Assembly: GCA_031835245.2 (NCBI GenBank)
Contig: JAVKOQ020000029.1
Span: 62,001-126,000 of the forward strand
From: Balamuthia mandrillaris
Taxonomy: Eukaryota
Direction of reading: 5' to 3'
DNA: 64,000 bases
Shown here: positions 47,743 to 59,351 of the stretch, piece after piece
Layout: every line of letters starts with the position of its first letter
How positions within the stretch are numbered: position 1 is the first letter of the stretch
Translations under genes and position numbers: made by a program
The notes under the pieces: model-generated
Seen by the model: the letters and a program-made list of their open reading frames with translations, nothing else
What the model was told of the DNA's origin: nothing
Database searches by the model: none

Positions 47743-48434
47743 AGAAGAAAGAAGAGAGAGGAGAGGAGACAGAAGAGAGAAGAGAGAATAGAGGAGACAG
47801 AACAACGACAGGAAGAAGAATAACAAGAAGACGAACCCAACGAAAGCCACGCTTTGAAGGTGTGGACAAGACTTTGCAATGGAACGAACACAATGATCGT
47901 CAACCGCTCGGTCCAGCCGAGAAAGCACCAAAGTGCGCAGCGAAGGACAGGCTCGCGCGATGCCCTGCAGCACATGGCCGGTGATCTGCCGGCAGCGTTC
48001 CAGGTTCAAGGCCTCCAGCTTGGGGCACAACAGGCCCACTGCTTTGAAGGCCTGATCCTCCATGTTGCCCGAGTCCCTAAGATTGAGGCTGCTGAGCCCA
48101 CCGGAAGAGCTGCTCAAGAGCTTCTTCAACGTTGGACCGGTCACTTCTCTGTGCGAGGATGAAACATCATCAATCACCTGTTTTTCTTGTTACACAAACC
48201 AAGTACCTTTCTGAGACTAGTCCATGAATGATTTCCTTTGAGTTCAATTGCAGAGAAGAAAGCCAATCAACACACAACAAAGACAGAACATGGTCAAGAA
48301 AAACAAAGTACAGAGATCAAATCTTCGGAACACCCGCTCAAGTCGAGTTCTGTTACTCGTTCTTGCACAAAGCCCCTGCAGATCTGCGTCAACGGAGCCA
48401 CACGATCCCCCGCTGTGCTTCTGCTTGCCTCCAT
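45983..48434 (-). CDS. Cys-containing LRR protein (FBXL/AMN1-type LRRs)
   Basis: Repeats such as CPKLEALNLERCRQIT, CNELQALDFKSCSKLTD, CPNLQFLNL and CSRLLEMDLSYCRRVT; multi-exon; start approximate. Confidence 0.85.
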
Positions 48435-48477
48435 CTTATTTTGTATGAAAAAAGAAAAACAAATTCCGTTTCCGAGA

Positions 48478-48735
48478 AGAGAAAGACGAAGAGAGAAGAG
48501 AAGAGAAGAGAAGAGAACGATGAAGAGAAGAGAAGAGAAGAGAACGATGAAGAGAAGAGAAGAGAGAAGAGAAAGAAGAGAAGAGAAGAGAAGAGAAGAG
48601 AAGAGAAGAGAAGAGAAGAGAAGAGAAGAGAAGAGAAGAGAAGAGAACGATGAAGAGAAGAGAACGATGAAGAGAAGAGAAGAGAACGACGAAGAGAACG
48701 ACGAAGAGAAGAGAAGAGAAGAGAAAGAAAGAAAG
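48478..48735. repeat. (GAGAA)n pentamer array with GAACGAT variants, probably in a 5'-UTR intron
   Basis: Visible tandem run; on the minus strand it is followed by ...aataag|ATG. Confidence 0.85.
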
Positions 48736-48787
48736 AACAACGTTCTTTGGTCAAAGGATGCTTTGTTGCCTGTACAAGGGTTTTTGT

Positions 48788-48828
<41 letters not shown>

Positions 48829-48840
48829 CAAGGGGCATGG

Positions 48841-49646
48841 TTATGCACTTCTTGGTCTTTTGGAAAGAGAAGGCATTCCCTCGCTTCCCTTCTCTTTCTC
48901 CTTTTCTTTCTCTTTTTCTTCTTGTTCGTCTTCCGCCTCTTCTTCTCCTTCTTCTCCTTCTTCCTCCTCTTCTTCTCCTTGCTTCTTTCTGGCAGCCTGG
49001 GGTCGTTGTTCCTTTGGTTTGCGTTTCACTCCTCTCTCCTCCTTTTTGTTGTCTGTTGCGGTTGCAGGAAGCAAAGACAGGGGAGAGGAAGGGTTGCTGC
49101 CATAAGGCAGCCTGAAAGTGACACACATCATGCGTTTGTGGGGAGAAACGTCTCTCACCTCGTGCACTTGGGTGTCCTCTGGCAATGGTCGTTCCAGTAT
49201 CTCTTCCACCCGCTAAAATATCATCGAAAAAAGAAAAAGGCATTAGCGCAGTGAAAGAAAACAAAAGAAAAAAAAGAAAGGGCATCTGAAACAAAGGTGT
49301 TTAAAGCATCGAAGAGGATGTTCAAGCCCTCCACCTAGTATGAGCTGAGTTTGAAAAAGTCTCTTCCTTTGCCCACTTTTTCACAACAACAAAGCAAGCT
49401 GCACTTTCCCATGTGAGAGAAAGTGGGAAGCAAATAGACAAAGGGGAAAAGGCGGAGAGGGCGGTAATAAAAACGCACTCCCGCTTACGGTTTCCTCCTT
49501 CACTCTGTGCTTCGCTTCTTTTTTTGATTACCATTTGCTGCTGGGTCAATTAATTTGGTGGGAGTGGGGAATTGGATTTAAAGGGGCAGGAAGGGTAACG
49601 CCATTTGGATTATGGGTTATGCTGGTGCTCCGCTATGCGAGAGATG

Positions 49647-49689
<43 letters not shown>

Positions 49690-51517
49690 ACCTTGAGAAC
49701 GTCAGTAGCAAGGTCAGGAGCAGCAGTGAACATGTAGCAGTGAACGGTAGGAGAGGGCAAATGATGGGGAAAAGTCTTAAAGACATCTGTGGTGGTATAC
49801 ATGATGTGTTGTTGAGAAGATAAAAATAACAAATTGCAAAAAAAAAATGAGTTCGATTAAAAGACGCACCTAGAAAGTGTTCAGCAGAGGCAGGAAGGTT
49901 CATGACTACTTGAGTGAACGGTTGGTTTGACTTATTGGAGACCAGGAAACGGACAAACTCCCGTGCGTCCATATTGTAGCAATGGATCCTATTGGAAACC
50001 TTTTGGGTGGAAGAAGCAAGTAAGTAAGCAATTGAGTAAGAAAACTTACGCTATCTGCATATAAACAGATAAAATAAACAAATTTGAGCTGCTTGTGTTA
50101 TACATACTTTGTTAAGGGCAGCGTTGGCAACAAGAGCTTGATAGGACTTGGGATTCAAGTCGTTGGCATAGACGATACAGCCCTTGTTTTTGGCTGCAGG
50201 CACAGCAAAAGGACCCACTCCAGCAAACATATCGCAGACAATGTCCTTTCGTGTAAACTGAGAGATGAGTCGGTTGTGCTCTGCCTGGAGACGTGAGTTC
50301 CAGTAGACTTCGCCATAGTTGAATCGGAAAAGACATTTGGATTCGCTCTTTGAGAATAAAAGTCAGTTTTTTTAAAAAAAAATAAGGAACAAAACAATAA
50401 AAGAAAGAGAAGAGATAAGGGATATAAAGGAGAAGGGTGAAGAGAGGGAGAGGGAGAATGACAAATTTTACCACTTCAGTGTCCAAATTGTTTTCACCGG
50501 CAATGACCTCCATAGCAAAGGTCCGGTAGACAGCAGATATATTGTTGGTTTTGTTGACAACCGTCCTGATGCGTGGATTTTTCTGTTGTTATAACAATAA
50601 GAACAGGAAGAAAGAGGGGAAAAAAACGGGTTTGTTGACATTAAACGTACATCGATGATAACTTGGCCAATGAGGTGGCGATAGGGCATGTGGCAGTCAT
50701 GAAGGTTGAGATGGGCTATATGTCCCACAGTTTCGAAAGAAGAGGGAACAGGAATGCCAGAGGGAAGCAATCTCGAAAGCACGTCGTCTTTGGAATATAG
50801 GTGAATGTTAGCACATAAACAACACGAAAAGAAAGAAACAAAGGACAAAGAAAGAATGAAAACGTAAAGAACGTCCAGAAAGAAAAAAACAGATAGAAGC
50901 AAGTATGGCTGCACAAATGAGAGAGAGAGAGAGAGGAGAAGAAAGAAGAACAAAGATACCTGAAGATAGATGAGCATAGCCCAACTGGAGCGTATGTTTG
51001 GTCACTTCGGCGTTTTGCAGCACATAGTTTCTGAGTTCGGAGGGAAGCTCCGATAAATCTTTTAGGCAAACAAACAAGTCAAAATGAGAAACAAAAAAAA
51101 GAAACAAGAGAGAGAGAGAGAGAGAGAGATTTAACTTACTGCTGTCTTTGATGCTTTCTTTGAGGAGAATCTTTTTAAAGTCTTGTCCCTTGCGCTCGTC
51201 CGGCACCACGACCTTCACCCGCGGCCTACAAAACAAGTAGCTGGCTTGTTTACTGCTAATTTTTTAACAAAATGTACATCCCAATGAGCGAGATCTCAAT
51301 TGTGTCATCAAAAAAAAAAAAAAACAAAACACCAAAAGATTCGATTCGAACAAACGGGTTACCCTCCGAGACGGCCCAGCATCGGGCCGGTTAGCTTTTG
51401 CGGTATTCTCAAGGCCAACAAATGGACAGTCTCTTTGAACATTTCTCTGTCCAAATGCGTCGGCGCCAATGCAGAAGAATCGGAGGACGCAGCAGCAGCA
51501 GCAGAGGGAGCCTCCAT
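48841..51517 (-). CDS. TRM5: tRNA (guanine-37-N1)-methyltransferase
   Basis: [51 protein letters not shown]; last exon [21 protein letters not shown]. Confidence 0.93.
49295..49434 (-). ncRNA. Candidate intronic H/ACA-like snoRNA in the long last TRM5 intron
   Basis: Hairpin CCCACTTT..TCACA/TGTGA..AAAGTGGG, ANANNA-like AAAGGA, second hairpin GAGGG/TCCTC, and ACA 3 nt from the proposed end; about 140 nt. Confidence 0.35.
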
Positions 51518-51766
51518 GCACACACTACCCTTTTTTTTCCTCTTTTTGTTGTTCTTTTTTTTTTTGTTTGTGCACCTAAAAGTTAGGAGATCCAATCGTG
51601 AACCTTTTGTGCGGGTTTTGGTCTCTAGGGCTCGAAGGGTGCCCAATTGGAGCAGGAAGGCTGAACAAAAACAGCAGATGTGCGTAGCGTAATTCAACAG
51701 TTTTCGTGAAAGTTGCGAACACGCGCGGAGAGCGAGAAGAAAACAAAGAGCGAGGCTAAACGAACA

Positions 51767-51898
51767 ATGGACGCACAGCAGGAAGCCAAGTTTGCGCACT
51801 GGATCCCCCTTGAGAGCAATCCCGAAATTCTCACTGAGGTTTGTGGCTATTTTTTTTCGTCTCACTAACACATACACACAGAAGCACGCACTGTACTG

Positions 51899-51955
<57 letters not shown>

Positions 51956-52859
51956 GTTCATCCATCGTTTGGGCGTTTCCGAACAATGGGCATTTTCTGA
52001 TTGCTATGGCTTTGACGATGAGCTGTTGGCCATGGTCCCTCAACCCTGTATTGGCCTTCTCTTCTTGTTTCCATCTTCCAAGGTTTCTTCTTCTTTGCAC
52101 TTCTCATCACTCTCTTCTTTTTTTTTTCACTTCTCATCTCCTCACACCACCTCTCCTTCCGTACCAAAGATGAAAACCAAGAAAGAGGAAGAGGCCAAAC
52201 GGATCGCTGAAAAGGGGCAAACCGTCAGCGACAACCTCTACTTCATGAAACAGCTGGTGGGCAACCAGTGCGGCACCGTGGGCGTCATCCACGCGGTGCT
52301 CAACGCCCTGGGCCAGATCTCCCTCAAAGAGGACAGCCCCCTGGACAAGTTCTACAAGGCCACCAAGCCAGAGGCAGACCCCAAGAAGCGTGGCGAGCTT
52401 TTGGGCAGAGATGCTGGCATTGAGCAGGTCCACAAGGACATGGCTACTCAGGGACAAACCGAAGTACGTTTTGTTGTCTTTTGTTCTTTGTCTGAGATAA
52501 AGCCGTTGTTGTTAACAATGGGTGAAAAAAAGGCACCTGACGCTGAGTCCAAGATAGACCTTCACTTTATATGTATGACGCACGTGGATGGCCATCTCTA
52601 CGAGCTGGATGGAAGGAAAGCGTTTCCTATCAACCACGGCACCACCACACCCGAAACTTTCCTCAAGGTTATTATGACTTTTCTCTTCATTTTATGCTCA
52701 TTTCTTCTGCTTTCTCTCCTCTCTTGTTCTTTCTTTCCATCTCTCTGACTAGCAATCCCTCTCACTGCAAAGGACGCCACCGCTTTGTTCAAACGGGAAT
52801 GGGTGGACACCAACCCTGACGAAGTCAACTTCAGCATCCTCACTCTTGGCCCCAACTGA
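51767..52859 (+). CDS. Ubiquitin C-terminal hydrolase (UCH-L3-like, peptidase C12)
   Basis: WIPLESNPE, MKQLVGNQCGT, DLHFI, LYELDGRK..PINHG. Confidence 0.93.
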
Positions 52860-53240
52860 AAAAAATATATATATTGCAACTCAAACAACAGAAGCGTTGG
52901 TGGAAGTCCATGGCCATGGTGCACTCAACACACACACACCCACAAACAAAAAACAACACTCTGCAGTCTCGCTTGAAATAGGGAGGGGGGAAGCGTGAGA
53001 AGTGAAGAAGAAAACGACGAGAAAGACAATGAGGTTCGTTTTTTTTTTTTTGAGGTTTTATTTAAATAATCGCACTTGGCTTGAGGGCCAGGCTGAGCTA
53101 TCTCCCCTTTCTTCCTCCACAAACAGGCGTTTCTTAAAATAATAAAAAGGTACAAAAAGGAAGAACAAACCATCATATCATCAAAAACAATCCAAATTTC
53201 AAACAAAAAAAGTTTTAAAAAAAAAGATTGGTCACACTGA

Positions 53241-53495
53241 TCACTCCAGGTTGAGGATCTGCTCGGCAGATTCCACGCCAACAGTTGTTCCAGCCTTTTG
53301 AGCCGCACTGACGGAAGCCTTCCAGAAGAGTATGACCACGCCCGCCAAGAGGGCCAGCACGAACAAGAGGATCAACCAGGGGGCAATCTTGGCCACAAAC
53401 TCTTGCTCCTCCTTCTTCACCTTTTCTCTCCTCAGTCTGGTCTTCTTGGAGTCTTTGTTCTCATCTCTGGCTTTGCCCTTCAGCTGCCTTGCCAT
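53241..53495 (-). CDS. SMCO4: Single-pass membrane coiled-coil protein, SMCO4-like (84 aa)
   Basis: MARQLKGK..basic helix..PWLILLFVLALLAGVVILFW resembles SMCO4 MRQLKGK..TM. Confidence 0.7.
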   Translation of the reverse strand: MARQLKGKARDENKDSKKTRLRREKVKKEEQEFVAKIAPWLILLFVLALLAGVVILFWKASVSAAQKAGTTVGVESAEQILNLE

Positions 53496-54076
53496 GGTCG
53501 CTGCGTATGGAGTAGTGGCGGAGGAGGAAATCGGTCTTCTGGTGGGGGGGTGTGTCGTCACGTCTCTTCCAGAGAAACTGTGTGCGGAAAAAAAAAACAA
53601 AGCAGGCACACCAAAAAAAAAGAAACACGCCGCTCAGATTATGTGTCGACAGTCAAAGGCCATGTAGGGACACGTCACACATTTTAAGGTGGATTTGCTT
53701 CCTTTTTTCCGGTTCCAATGTTCCGGGGCTCAGATCAACAGCTTGCGTCAGCAAGATCAGTCTGTTGTTTCTTTGTGATCTTCGTAGAAAAACCTCAGAA
53801 CGCTTTTTTTTTCTTTGTGTGTGGGGAAAGGGAAAGGGAAGAGAGATTGGTTTTTCTGCCTCACTTGTCACCCTCCTTCGCTCGCAAGCCATCAGTGCGG
53901 CTCATTCTTGGACACTTTTTCTGGTAGAAGTACACAGCAGAAGGTATTAATTTTTTTTTCTTGCTCAGGTGAGGGTCTTCTTCCCTGCCCCTTGTTGTTG
54001 CTGTTGTTTTGAGGCTTTGTTGTTTTTCTTTCCAGCGGTACGCTGACCATGTGTGTTTCTCTCAGACACAGACAGA

Positions 54077-54728
54077 ATGGAAGCAGTTACAAAGAAAGGT
54101 AGCAGCTCTGCTGAGGCCAACAAGAAGGCTCAGCCACCGAAGAAGAAGGAGGCACCCAAAGCCAAGGAAGGGGCCGCCAAAGCAGAGGATGCATCCAAAA
54201 AGAAGGTTAAATACTCACGCTCACCCCCCTTTTGTTTTCCTTCCTGTTCTCACTGTCATCTTTGTATGCACACTTTGTTACACCTATCCAGAAACAAGAG
54301 ATTCGTCTCAAGAAGGAGTTCATCAATCCCACTCCAAAAGGAGAGAAGAAAGGTCTTTTTTTTTCCAGTTGCTTTGTATCTTGGTTGTGAAACTGATGAA
54401 CAAACATTTGTTCGGCGTTTTTTCATTCCAAAAAAAAAAATATTACAGACATGACGACTCCCATGATCGCAGCTTACGACCCGCCGACTGTTGAGGCTGC
54501 TTGGTATGACTGGTGGGAGAAGCAAGGCTACTTCCACGCTGATAACGCTGACACCACACGCGAAAAGTTTGTCATGGTCATTCCGCCTCCCAACGTCACT
54601 GGTTCGCTTCACATGGGTCACGCCCTCACCAACTCTGTTGAGGACGCTCTCTCAAGATGGTAAGTGAACAACGAATGCAAAAACACTTTCTCGTCATTGC
54701 ACTGACAATTCCGATACTCACCATTCTG

Positions 54729-54771
<43 letters not shown>

Positions 54772-57700
54772 CTCTCTTCTCTTCTCTCTCTCTCTCTCTC
54801 TCCGGATAGGCACCGTATGAGCGGCAAGAACGTTCTCTGGGTTCCTGGCATTGATCATGCAGGCATTGCCACTCAGGTCGTCGTTGAAAAGAAAATAGCC
54901 CGTGAACAACAGAAGTCACGCCATGACCTTGGCAGAGAAAACTTTATCAAGGAGGTCTGGAAGTGGAAAGATGAATATGGAGACCGCATCAAAATGCAGT
55001 TGCGGCGAATGGGTTCCTCTGTTGACTGGGAGCGAGAAGCCTTTACTATGGACGAAGTAAGCATTTCTCTCCATCTCTTTTCTCTTTCTCTCCCTTGTTT
55101 ATTCTAAGCGGTTGTGCTTACATTCTTGCGTGCTTCAGAAACTCAGCGTTGCTGTCACAGAAGCCTTTGTTCGCATGTTTGAAGAGGGCTTGATCTACCG
55201 AGGAACTCGTTTGGTTAACTGGTGCAGCACCTTGAAGACCGCCATTTCTGACATTGAGGTCAACAAGAAGGACCTGCCTGGCAGGACCTTGAAAGAAGTT
55301 CCGGGTCACCCCGAGGGAAAGAAATATCCGTTCGGCATCCTGGTCTCCTTTGCTTACCCCGTTGAGGGCAGCGGTGCGTTACCCTTTGTTTTTTCATTTT
55401 TTCGGTCCTTTTTTTTTTATTTTCGCATCCCACAATCGAAATCGCGCCTCGCGAGCACCACCTTCAAATTTTACGATGATTTTATTTGGGTTAGTCTCGC
55501 TTTTGCGAAAAAGAAAAAAAAAAGGATAATCGCCAAGAAAGAAAGAATTATTTGCGATAAGATTATGATGATCGGATAAAATTCTGACACCTCTTGTCTG
55601 ATCGGAGGAATGCGTTCCTCTGCAAATGAGACATACAAATCCAAAGTCTGATAAGATTATCGCTTATTCTTTTGTTTTATTTTTTTGTATATACTATTAT
55701 TTTTTTTTGCGCAATCAAGTGATGATTTTCTCTATGCAGGTGAGAAGCTTGTTATTAGCACAACTCGTATTGAAACAATGCTAGGAGATACTGCTGTTGC
55801 TGTCCATCCTGAGGACAAGCGTTACACTCATCTTCATGGCAAGAACGTTATTCATCCGTTCAACGGCCGTAAGATCCCAATTATCTGCGACCCCGAGCTC
55901 GTTGATATGTCATTCGGAACTGGTGTTGTTAAAGTTACTCCTGCTCATGACCCCAACGATTATCTCTGCGGTAAACGCCACAATCTTGAGTTTATCAATA
56001 TCTTGAATGAAGATGGATCGATCAATGAAAACGGAGGTGAATTCCAGGTACTTTCTTTTAAGCCTCTTTAAACGCAGTACAAAAGGAAAATACTGACGAG
56101 AATATTACTTTCAACTAATAACAGGGCATGAAGCGCTTCGAAGCTCGTGAGGCTGTTTTGAAAGCCCTGCAAGATAAGGGTCTTTATGAGGGTGAGAAGG
56201 ACAATCCTATGGTTCTACCTATCTGTTCTCGTACTGGTGATATCATCGAGCCAATGCTGAAGCCTCAATGGTGGGTCCGGTGCAAGGAGATGGGAGAAGA
56301 GGCAGTGAGGGTACATATTTCCCGTTGAAACGCACGCGAAAGATTTATACTAATGCTCCATTCTTTTTCTTGTGTTTTTAGGTCGTTAAAGAGAAGGAAT
56401 TGAAGATTGTTCCGGAGCGCCATGAAATCACATGGTTCCGTTGGCTTGAAAATGCTCAAGATTGGTGTATCTCCCGCCAACTGTGGTGGGGTCACCGCAT
56501 CCCTGCTTACCTCGTTTCCATCGAAGGACAACCAGCTCCTGATGTACGTTCTCTTCTTTCTGTCTTTCTTTCTTTTTGCTTATTATAATTATTACAGCCC
56601 GAAGACCAAAACAACTGGGTTGCTGCTCGCAACGAAGAGGAAGCTATGGCCAAAGCCAAGGCCAAGCATCCTGACATTCCTGAGTCCAAGTTAAGCCTAA
56701 GCCAAGACCCCGACGTTTTGGACACATGGTTCTCCTCCGGCCTGTTCCCCTTCTCCACGATGGGCTGGCCCAACACCGAGCACCCTGACTTCAAGGCTTT
56801 CTACCCTACCTCCATTCTTGAGACTGGTCACGATATTCTCTTCTTCTGGGTCGCCAGGATGGTCATGATGGGCATGAAGCTCACCGGCAAACTTCCTTTC
56901 AATACGGTCTTGCTCCACGCTATGGTCCGAGATGCTCATGGAAGGTAATGTATCCTTAATCACAGACATCAAGCTTCTTTTCTCACATTTATTTATTCTC
57001 AATGCCTTTGTATTTGTTAATTTGGTTTGTAGGAAGATGAGCAAGAGTTTGGGTAACGTAATTGATCCTCTGGATGTTACGGAAGGCATCACTTTGGAGC
57101 AGCTTCATGGCAAGCTTTATAATGGTAACTTGGACCCTAAGGAAATCGATAAGGCTATCGAAGGACAGGTTTGAATCCTCCATCTTCACTTTCTTCTTTG
57201 CTTCTGCTTAATCTCTTTGTAACTTTCTTTCGTTTGCCCACAGAAAGAGGACTTCCCAAATGGTATCAGCGAATGTGGAACTGACGCGATGCGCTTCGCT
57301 TTGTGCGCCTACACTTCGCAAGGCCGCAGCATCAATTTGGACATCAACAGAGTGGTTGCTTATCGAAACTTTTGCAACAAATTGTGGAATGCCACCAAGT
57401 TTGCTCTCATGAACTTGGGTGAAGGTTTCCAGCCAAATCCTTCTGCTGAGGTAAATTGCCTTTCCTGCTTTTCATTTCTGGTCATTTCTTGTTGCATTTG
57501 CTTGATATACTTCCAAACACTCAGACTTCAGGCAAAGAAAGCCTAATGGAGCAGTGGATCCTCAGCAGATTGCATCACGCGGCAAAGGAATCTGACACTG
57601 GTTTCAATACGTTTGATTTGGGTCAAGCTACCAACGCCATTTATGCCTTCTGGCTATACGATCTTTGTGATGTCTTCTTGGAAGCAATCAAACCAACAAT

Positions 57701-58509
57701 GCGTCTTGAAGAGGGCGCCCCAGAACGTCGTTCTTGCCAAGATACGCTGTACACGTGCTTGGAGCTGGGTCTCCGTCTGCTTCATCCCTTCATGCCATTC
57801 GTCTCCGAGGAACTCTACCAAAGGCTGCCAAGACGTCCTGGCGATAACATTGAGTCCATCATGATTTCTCCTTATCCTCATCCCGTACGTTTCTCTTCCC
57901 TTTGCGTTCTCTCTTCATATTTTTACCGTCACTTTTCCCCTTCTGTTGCTCACACACAACCACAAATAGAACACCACAAGCAAATGGCATAACCCCGAAT
58001 TAGAAGAGACTGTGAAGCTCAGTCAAGAGATTATCCGCGCGGGCCGCGGCCTTCGCTCTAACTACAACCTGAGCCCCGCGCTGCGCCCCTCCTACTTCCT
58101 CAGGCTGCGCACGGAGGAGCTCAGAAAGAGCCTCGCTGAGTTTGTGCCAATCATGGTCACCCTCACCAATGCCGCCACCATCACCATTCTCAGCGGGGAG
58201 GAGGAGCCTCCCTCTGGCTGCTCCGTCAACATCGTCAATGAGAACTGCGAGATCCACCTCATGATCAAAGGGCTGGTTGACCCGGTGGCCGAGCTGAAGA
58301 AGCTGGAGAAGAACTTGCAAAAGACCAACCAGCAACTGAGCGGGTTGGTCAAGAGGATGAACGCCCCGCAGTACAGGGATAAGGTCCCGGAGAACGTGCA
58401 GAAGGACAATGAGGAGAGGGTTGTGAAGTTGCAGCAGGAGGTCAAGACCATTGAGGAGGCCATTGAGAAGTTCACAAAGCTCAAGGAGGAGGAAGCGGCG
58501 GCAAAGTGA
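54077..58509 (+). CDS. VARS1: Valyl-tRNA synthetase
   Basis: [54 protein letters not shown]-terminal coiled-coil arm. Confidence 0.97.
55554..55663 (+). ncRNA. Intronic box C/D snoRNA
   Basis: Terminal stem GCGATAA (55554-60)/TTATCGC (55657-63); C box ATGATGA 55565-71; D' CTGA 55598-601; D CTGA 55648-51; guide TTCTGACACCTCTTG complementary to the conserved LSU rRNA segment AGAGGUGUCAGAA. Confidence 0.8.
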
Positions 58510-58524
58510 AGCACAAACACCTCT

Positions 58525-58561
<37 letters not shown>

Positions 58562-58583
58562 AGTAACAGCGAACAATTAGTTT

Positions 58584-59146
58584 TCAATCCCTTTCTTTTT
58601 CTTGAGAGCCGATTTTTGTTCCTGTTAACTCTTCGAACTCTTTTGTTTTGCTGTCCAGAAAAGACATCACTTCGTTTTGCATCTGCGATGATAGAAACAA
58701 AAAAAGTCAGCATATAACAAGCAGTTGAGCGAAAGAACATTAAAAAAAAACAAGGAGATGACCTTGGTTCTGGCGTCATGCATGGCGTTAAGCGTGAGTG
58801 TCTGAATAGATTCAACGTCCCCTTTGAGCGCAGGGTCGATTTTCATTTCCGTGAGAGTCCCTGGCGACATTTTGCATTGATAGAAAAAGATTGAGAAGGA
58901 GAGAATCAAGCAAAACAAAAAAAAGTACCGACCACTTCCCGTCATGATTACTTGCACGGACCCTTTTTCGTTTTGCGCCTCACCCACCAGCTTCATCTCG
59001 AACCAACGCTTGTAGGCGTCCGTCATGGCCTTTGCTCCTGCATCTATCTCCAGCGGGTTCACCCGCAAAAAGAGGGAATTACCGCACGGTCGCGCAAACG
59101 AAGGACGAAGCCCTCTACCAAGAGCACCTAGCGTTGTTCTTCTCAT
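58584..59146 (-). CDS. YbaB/EbfC-family protein with putative mitochondrial presequence (3 exons, about 136 aa)
   Basis: Exons 59146-58933, 58860-58763 and 58682-58584 total 411 nt: MRRTTLGALGRGLRPSFARP...LVGEAQNEKGSVQVIMTGSGTLTEMKIDPALKGDVESIQTLTLNAMHDARTKMQNEV. Confidence 0.75.
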
Positions 59147-59351
59147 CTCTCGATCTTCTATGTCTTTGTTTTTTTTTCTTTTACGGATTACAATATTTTT
59201 TTTCTTGGTAGCTTGAGGGGTCAACTAAGAGCACTTGGAGAAAAAAAAAGTAAAATAAAAAAGAAGTAAAGAAAATAAAATTATTTTTTTTAAAGTTAAA
59301 AAAAAATAAAATAGAATGAATGAACAGAAAAGAAAAGAAGAAGAAGAAGAA

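Noticed and set aside
48841..49209. ORF 48841-49209 as the first exon of the LRR gene
   Set aside because: It contains the TRM5 C-terminal motif [14 protein letters not shown] and a stop, so it is the last TRM5 exon.
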